A stretch of 62,900 nt of DNA, the filler included, from Octopus bimaculoides (taxonomy: Eukaryota), in the NCBI RefSeq assembly GCF_001194135.2. It is 3 parts of 2 records of this genome, joined end to end, with 100 filler letters (N's around TTAATTAATTAA, not from the genome) between each part and the next. Parts side by side here need not be neighbours in the genome. Positions count along the whole stretch, not along the records: positions 51,893 to 62,900 come from NC_068982.1; 2 more parts are not named here. The stretch is one strand, 5' to 3'. The notes below the pieces were generated by a model. The model worked only from the letters and a program-made list of their open reading frames with translations. It was not told where the DNA came from and ran no database searches. This document shows, piece by piece, positions 55,855-62,900 of the stretch. The translations under genes were made by a program, and so were the position numbers. The first letter of the stretch is position 1. Each line of letters opens with the position of its first letter.

Positions 55855-56033
55855 AATCCGTAGGGTTTTTGGTTATCGTAATCTTGGTCATAGAATTGGT
55901 TATGAGATTTCAGCCGAGAATTCGACTTCTTCAGTTCTGGTTTAAAGAGAAAAACTTATCTTCGCCATCATCGTCTTCTTCGAGTAAACAAGCTGTTGAT
56001 TTAAGACGTGAATCGCCTTCATCTTCGTCCAAG
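55855..56033 (+). CDS. Candidate internal exon, 179 nt, encoding a transmembrane-like helix then a Ser-rich stretch (xSVGFLVIVILVIELVMRFQPRIRLLQFWFKEKNLSSPSSSS...SSK)
   Basis: ~35-nt pyrimidine tract plus TAG acceptor, AAG|GTAAAC donor, and a single frame open throughout. A competing minus-strand exon model overlaps it (55836-55936). Confidence 0.45.
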
Positions 56034-56107
56034 GTAAACATAGCCCTCTCATTCAAATTCACTTATTTATTATCATTATTAACATTGCTGTTGTTATTAT
56101 TATTATT

Positions 56108-56157
<50 letters not shown>

Positions 56158-56164
56158 CGATAGT

Positions 56165-56390
56165 AGTAGTATTATTAATTCGTCCATCATTGTCGACAAT
56201 GACCAAAAGACATCAAATGGGAGAAAACGACGTCACACGGTGTGTTCGGCTGTGGCCAACCAGTCCGATGTGTGCTTCGGAAGGGCTCTGCTGCAGGTCG
56301 GGCACTGATAGTCTGTTAGGACCAAAAGCAAGGGGTTGGCCCATGACCTGCATAGTTCGTGCTATCTTTGTGCTCCTGTAATCCTGTTCT
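56165..56390 (-). mobile_element. RTE-clade LINE 3' end (C2H2 finger, short 3' UTR with hairpin, simple-repeat tail)
   Basis: Frameshifted YQCPTCSRA..AHIGLVGHSRTH, then a tail containing the palindrome tcattgtcgacaatga and ggacgaat, running into (AAT)/(ACT) repeats. Confidence 0.8.
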
Positions 56391-57248
56391 CTGCTTGTGG
56401 TGGTGGTGGTGGTGGTGGTGGTGGTTGTGCTGGTGCTGTTGGTGGTACTGGTGNNNNNNNNNNNNNNNNNNNNNNNNNNNNNNNNNNNNNNNNNNNNNNN
56501 NNNNNNNNNNNNNNNNNNNNNNNNNNNNNNNNNNNNNNNNNNNNNNNNNNNNNNNNNNNNNNNNNNNNNNNNNNNNNNNNNNNNNNNNNNNNNNNNNNNN
56601 NNNNNNNNNNNNNNNNNNNNNNNNNNNNNNNNNNNNNNNNNNNNNNNNNNNNNNNNNNNNNNNNNNNNNNNNNNNNNNNNNNNNNNNNNNNNNNNNNNNN
56701 NNNNNNNNNNNNNNNNNNNNNNNNNNNNNNNNNNNNNNNNNNNNNNNNNNNNNNNNNNNNNNNNNNNNNNNNNNNNNNNNNNNNNNNNNNNNNNNNNNNN
56801 NNNNNNNNNNNNNNNNNNNNNNNNNNNNNNNNNNNNNNNNNNNNNNNNNNNNNNNNNNNNNNNNNNNNNNNNNNNNNNNNNNNNNNNNNNNNNNNNNNNN
56901 NNNNNNNNNNNNNNNNNNNNNNNNNNNNNNNNNNNNNNNNNNNNNNNNNNNNNNNNNNNNNNNNNNNNNNNNNNNNNNNNNNNNNNNNNNNNNNNNNNNN
57001 NNNNNNNNNNNNNNNNNNNNNNNNNNNNNNNNNNNNNNNNNNNNNNNNNNNNNNNNNNNNNNNNNNNNNNNNNNNNNNNNNNNNNNNNNNNNNNNNNNNN
57101 NNNNNNNGCTTCTTTCCGGGGCATATAGTCTGATATGGCCAACCCACCTGAACGGAACGCCAATCCGTCACAGGATTGCTCGTTTTTGCCAGTTGAGAGA
57201 GAATGTCTGAGTGGAAGGGACATAATCCTAGACACCCCACGAATTGTA

Positions 57249-57311
<63 letters not shown>

Positions 57312-57356
57312 TGTGTATGTGTGTGTTTTTGTGCGTGTGCATGTCTATGTATGCAT

Positions 57357-57469
57357 GTCATTGTCCAGTTTTATTTCAAGAACTCTTGCCAGTAGAGAAG
57401 GAGCCGGTTTCTAACCTAGATCCAAGGCTCCTTCATTGGAATTTCAACATCAACAACAGGGTATTTTTG
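57357..57469 (-). mobile_element. Third copy of the 35.4-kb ~112-bp element
   Basis: Reverse complement aligns end to end with 35365-35476. A more decayed related copy lies at ~57615-57670. Confidence 0.85.
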
Positions 57470-58844
57470 TTTGTATGTATGTATGTATGTATGTATGTAT
57501 ATGTGCAGATTTGTAGGTTTTGATTTTGCAGTCCCAAGACTATAGATTGGATCTATAGTCTTCGAATTAAGTATGTATATATGTATGTATGTCTCTTCTA
57601 TTTTCAATTATCATAAATCTTCCACTGAGGAGAGAGCGGGTTCCCAACAAAGATACAAGGCTCCATCTTTGTGATGTAATTAACACAGATAAATTCGCAT
57701 TTGGAACTTGAGAAAAGTCTTGCATATTTTTACTGTTCCACTCACAGATTGCACTTGTAATGTACGATCAGCTGGTCGATTTCTCTGTGGAGTCTTGTGG
57801 AGTCTTGTGGAGTCAGGAGAGAGTTTGTAGCCGCGGATAACTCCAACACAAACATTAGATGTTTCTTTTCTTCACTTGTTTACAGTAAGTCGACAGAACG
57901 AAGGAAAATATTTGCTATCATTTAGTGATGCTTTGGCATCTGATAACCAAGTAATCGATAAATAAATACTCGTGACATTGATCGTACTTTTATCCCAATA
58001 ATTATGAAGTTTTATTTAATTAGATGGCTTCAAGAGTCTGAGTTCTTGATATTAAAGTATTGATGTATGGAGTTTTACCGTCACATATTTGTAATTAGAA
58101 TTTCTATTTATCCGAATATTGTGTATTCAGATAAATGGAAATACGAAGTCGCATGAAAAGAAGTACGTAAAATAGTGACACTATCAATCTATATTATGAG
58201 AGAATTTATCCATTTACAATAGAAAATAAAACGGAAACTATGCTTTCAGCTTGTCCCGTGGAGGCGACGGGCTTAGATTTCGAAGTGAAGAACAAAGCTA
58301 TTCTTTGTATTCGGCTAAATGGAGACTTTTAACGACGTCACAAAATNNNNNNNNNNNNNNNNNNNNNNNNNNNNNNNNNNNNNNNNNNNNNNNNNNNNNN
58401 NNNNNNNNNNNNNNNNNNNNNNNNNNNNNNNNNNNNNNNNNNNNNNNNNNNNNNNNNNNNNNNNNNNNNNNNNNNNNNNNNNNNNNNNNNNNNNNNNNNN
58501 NNNNNNNNNNNNNNNNNNNNNNNNNNNNNNNNNNNNNNNNNNNNNNNNNNNNNNNNNNNNNNNNNNNNNNNNNNNNNNNNNNNNNNNNNNNNNNNNNNNN
58601 NNNNNNNNNNNNNNNNNNNNNNNNNNNNNNNNNNNNNNNNNNNNNNNNNNNNNNNNNNNNNNNNNNNNNNNNNNNNNNNNNNNNNNNNNNNNNNNNNNNN
58701 NNNNNNNNNNNNNNNNNNNNNNNNNNNNNNNNNNNNNNNNNNNNNNNNNNNNNNNNNNNNNNNNNNNNNNNNNNNNNNNNNNNNNNNNNNNNNNNNNNNN
58801 NNNNNNNNNNNNNNNNNNNNNNNNNNNNNNNNNNNNNNNNNNNN

Positions 58845-59009
58845 TACGACGGGCTTCTTTCAGTTTCCGTCTACCAAATCCACTCACAAGGCTTTGGTCG
58901 GCCTGAGACTTAGTAGAAGGTACTTGCCCAAGGTGCCACGCAGTGGGACTGAACCTGGAACCATTTGGTTGGTAAGCGAGCTCCTTACCACACAGCCACT
59001 CCCGCGCCT
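58845..59009 (-). mobile_element. SINE family A, 5' head (the remainder probably lies in the adjacent gap)
   Basis: Minus strand reads aggcgcgggagtggctgtgtggtaag...ggttccaggttcagtcccactgcgtggcaccttgggcaag, with A- and B-box-like motifs. Confidence 0.9.
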
Positions 59010-59819
59010 TGAAAATGGTAAGAATATTCTGTCTTGATAGTTGGAGCGATGAGTGGCGGCGTTCGTGCCTTTCTCAAAAATATTGACAGTTTTGAGAAAT
59101 AACTTCGGCTCGGTGAATGAGGCCAGGTTTTAGACACTTCAGGCTGGAATTTCATTTTGTTGCTTCAAAGACACATATCGTCCAATTTCATCGAATATTT
59201 GTGAACCTTTACGCACATGTCCGAACTTGTACGTTCTGTGGATTCACCCGGGGTAGGTTGAGTCGGCTCCAACCAACGAGTCATGTTCGAAATTTCAGTG
59301 TGAATACATGCTTACATGTAGTCCCAGGTCATGTGTATACACTCTTTGAGTTAGTGTGATCCGTAACAGCTCATCTTGCCGTTAATTATCAACCGTTGCA
59401 GAGGTTTCGCTGACCAAGACACCGCTGATTAAGGTTCGGGAGACATGCTTTAACAAAAGCTAAAGGAAGCTAAGGGGTGACTCACACCCAGTGGTCCTCC
59501 AGCACGCCGGACACCAACCCGGAATAGCTGAGAGCCCGTGTTAGAGCATTTACGTGGCCTCTAACTTGTTAAAAACACGAACAAATCTTTCTCAACTTAC
59601 ATCATACTATCGTAAAAATGAAGGACACGTTACATAAAGTAAAAAATATCATAGCCATCACTTGCAACCAAGTATGGCCTAGTAGTATGTACCATACCTT
59701 CATAGATTGTTTTAGGTGCCTGTGAGATCACAAGCAGACATAAACCCGCTTACCATTCACCCAGTTGAACACCGAGAATGTGACAGTTGGTGGGGGTGAG
59801 AGAAGGGGCTATACCAGCA

Positions 59820-59975
59820 TTAGGCTGGCAGGTACTCCCTTTCAGTCAAGTGGACTGGAGCATTGTGAAATAAAGTGCTTTGCTCCAAGATATAACGTGC
59901 AGCTTGATCCAGAAATCGAACCCTCGCCCTTATGTTCGCGAGCCCAATACCCTTAATCCCAGACCACAACGTCTA
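59820..59975 (-). mobile_element. SINE family D, head and core, diverged
   Basis: gtggactggagcattgtgaaataaagtgctttgctc...aaatcgaacc is the reverse complement of the head and core motifs at 14634-14760. Confidence 0.7.
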
Positions 59976-61155
59976 ACCAATAAACCACAGAAAAGCGGTC
60001 CATAATTTTCAATGAAAAGCAAAGATTTAAAATCAGGAGGACAGAAGGACCAAGCCTTAACGAGGAGACCTATGATAAAGAGTGTTCCAGCCGTGACAAT
60101 CCTATCTTTTATTTAGAAATGTTGCATCCAAAACTACTTTATGCAATGTATCCTTCCCATTTTTTTAAGACGGTGGGAGTATGATTTGAGGGACATCTGT
60201 CTGTTATTTCTCGCAACGGCATAGAGTCTTTGTTGTCTTGTGTTTCAACTGATAACAATTACAGCACTTAATGAATGGGAAAATATATCATCGAACTGTC
60301 AATCAATTGTAAACATTGGGAATCAGTAATTAACGACTGATTAGGCAGATCACGTTCTGAAGGAAATGAATATTTCTGTTTTATTTACTGAAATGTAAAG
60401 ATGAAGGATTTTCTTGAAAAATATTCCGTTACGTTATTTATTTTATTTCGTGGTTTCAGAAAGACAGAAAACGGCTTAAGTTTCAAATTTTACCATATTT
60501 GTTATTATTTGGTTTCAAGAAAAATGCTTTGTTATCAATAGTGGTTTTAAAATGTTGAAAATGTTAAAAATGTTGAGAGGAATGATGAACTGGTTTCGGT
60601 TTGCTTTAGGGACGAGGGCGACGTAAATGTGGAAACGTGTGTGTGTGTGTGTGTGTGTTTGCAGAAAGATTTTCTTACATTAAAATTTATCAATCATATA
60701 AAATAAATCCTTCGAAAACAGAATGATAAAACCTATGGAAAAAAGTATTTGTATTGTGTTGAATGCTTTTCGCTATTTTCAGCTTTCCAAACACTAAGGT
60801 AATCTTTAGTAAAGGTATTAACTATAACCGATTCAGTTTCGGCTCAGAATTCTTATGAAGTATTCTTGTTTTCCCTTTCATGATTGACCATTTTCTTCTT
60901 TTCTTTTTTTTTTAAGGGAACACTGAATTTTCCATTTGCACAAAAGTCTAGAAATTCACATGGAACACATCTAAGAGATGAATCTTTGATTTGCTGTTTA
61001 TGTACCCTAACCCGATCTAAAAATTTTGATACCGTTTGGCCGTTCTCTTTCTCTCTCACTTTCTCGCTCACTCTCTTTCTTTCTCTCTCTCTCGTTCTCT
61101 CTCTCTCTTTCTCTCTCTCTCTATCTCTCTATCTCTCTATTTATCTATCGGAAGA

Positions 61156-61690
61156 TAGGCGCAGGAATAGCCGCGTAGTAAGTAGCTTGCTTACCAACCA
61201 AATGGTTCCGGATTCAGTCCCAGTGCGTGGCACCTTGGGCAAGTGTCTTCAACTATTGCATGGCACCTTTGGTGGCACCTTGGGCGGCATCTTGGGCGGC
61301 ATCTTGCGTGGCACCTTGGGCAAGTGTCTTCAACTATTGCCTCGGGCCGACCAAAGCCTTGTGAGTGGATTTGGTAGACAGAAGCTGAAAAAGCCAGTCG
61401 TATATATACATGTGTGTGTGTGCGTGAGTATGTGTGTGTGTATGTGTGTGTGTCTGTGTGTGTGTCTGTGTGTGTCTGTGTTTGTGTTTGTCCCCTCAAC
61501 ATCGCTTGACAACTGACGCTGGTGTGTTTACGTCCCCGTAACATAGCGGTTCTGCAAAAAGAGACCGATAGAATAAGTACTAGGCTTACAAAGAATAAGT
61601 CCTTAGGTCGATTAGCTCGACTAAAAAAACGATGGTGCTCCAGCATTGCCGCAGTCAAATGACTGAAACAAATAAAAGAATAAAAGAAAC
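61156..61690 (+). mobile_element. Full-length tRNA-derived SINE family A with an internal duplication and central (GT)-rich microsatellite
   Basis: tRNA-like head with B-box-like gattcagtccc, a central microsatellite and a 3' tail ending aataaaagaataaaaga. It unites the head and tail fragments seen elsewhere. Confidence 0.92.
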
Positions 61691-61779
61691 TATCTATCTA
61701 AACGACATCCTCTGTATTCATTCCAGAATAAACTGAATAAGACTCCGTTATCTTGGAAGACACCATGTTTCTTGGTGTC

Positions 61780-61895
61780 ATGTGTGGTGTAGTGGTTGCG
61801 GTGCTGCACTCACGATCGCTAGATCATGGGCTCGGCTTCCATACCGGGTGGCTCATTGCGTTCTTGAGCAGAACACGTCATTCAGGTGTAAATGA
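61780..61895 (+). mobile_element. SINE family D head
   Basis: gtgtagtggttgcggtgctgcactcacgatcg...gcgttcttgagcagaacac. Confidence 0.7.
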
Positions 61896-61908
61896 ATAAC
61901 TCTGAGAC

Positions 61909-62155
61909 GGAATAACCTTCCCATCAGAGGAAATAATCTTCCGATCAGAGAAAATAATCTTCCCATCAGGGGAATAACCTTCTGATCAGAGGAAATAATC
62001 TTCCCATCAGAGGAAATAATCTTCCCATCAGAGGNNNNNNNNNNGAAATAATCTTCCCATCAGAGGAAATAATCTTCCCATCAGAGGAAATAATGTTCCG
62101 ATCAGAGGAAATAACTTTCCAATCAGAGGAAATAACCTTTCGATCAGAGGAAATA
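61909..62155. repeat. 21-bp minisatellite, ~12 copies (gaaataatcttcccatcagag)
   Basis: Head-to-tail units with point variants and a 10-N gap inside. Confidence 0.95.
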
Positions 62156-62671
62156 TTGACCTTCTCGTCCAAACCAGTGGGTGGATGGCGTCATTCGTGA
62201 GCTAAAACGGTATATAACAACATCCGATAGTCTGGTCGATCACGTGATCACGTGATACACTTCATTGTACATTGTATCGAAACACTGCGAAACACGAACA
62301 TATCTTTTTGGAATTCAGAACAATAAATCTCTCAGACACATATCTGTATACACCAGAGGGAAATAACGAATAATCACACAAAAACAGCTAAACGAAAGAA
62401 TTCGTATTTTGTCACGTAATCAGTTAAGACGTGGAATTCTTGTCTTGTAATTATTTTTTCTGTTTTGCTGTCTTTTGCCAAATATACCAAAGCGTCTTCA
62501 GTTTCAGCTGCATCAGTGGGAAACCATCTAGGAAACCTTTATGCGGTCGTACGATGTGCTAGAAATAGCAGATCAATTGCTCTTAAATCATATACTGTCG
62601 TTTTTTAAGAAATTGCATATTGAATATGTATGTATACGTATGTGTACGTGCGTGTATGCGTGCGTGTATGC

Positions 62672-62709
<38 letters not shown>

Positions 62710-62900
62710 TTACGTCTTACAGATTCGCACAACCAAATGTGACCGTGTAAATTATTTAAAATATCTCAGGTGTGCAAAACCTTTCGAATGTCTTACAGAT
62801 TTTATTTGTGTCGCCGAAAGACTGAATTTGGAGGATGCGCGTCAGTTTCGTTTGTTCTTTCTTAGGAAATTCTAGCATATCTGGGATTTTAAGCGTTTGT

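Noticed and set aside
59010-59560. GC-richer unique-looking stretch as an exon or transposase fragment
   Set aside because: The frames I translated by hand gave no recognisable motif or clean splice pair, so it is left unassigned.
61909-62155. 21-bp repeats as a CRISPR array or a 7-aa repeat protein
   Set aside because: The units are head to tail with no unique spacers, there are no cas genes, the context is eukaryotic, and no splice or start signals are present.

Overview
This is eukaryotic, AT-rich DNA saturated with microsatellites, with about 24 assembly gaps (roughly 5.5 kb of N). The repeat content strongly suggests a cephalopod, most likely a short-read Octopus scaffold; this is recognition from memory, not a database result. 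Almost every ORF in the supplied track is a translated microsatellite or runs through Ns. No complete gene, RNA gene or CRISPR array can be supported. The recognisable content is decayed mobile DNA: four dispersed SINE-like families (labelled A-D here), three R4/Dong-type RLE LINE remnants in (AAT)n tracts, a mariner 5' end, a hAT-like MITE, an RTE LINE 3' end, a Penelope-like GIY-YIG endonuclease remnant, and an inverted-repeat element containing TTAGGG repeats. Several short unique islands have good splice signals and may be exons of large-intron genes, but these calls are low confidence. The most interesting signals are (i) a dispersed element carrying a minimal type-I hammerhead-ribozyme-like fold with a non-canonical core, (ii) a second, more decayed hammerhead-like repeat arranged as ~215-235 nt dimers, resembling a retrozyme fossil, and (iii) a 38-bp near-identical splice-site block duplicated 11.8 kb apart. 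None of these is an established new system; each needs the checks listed.
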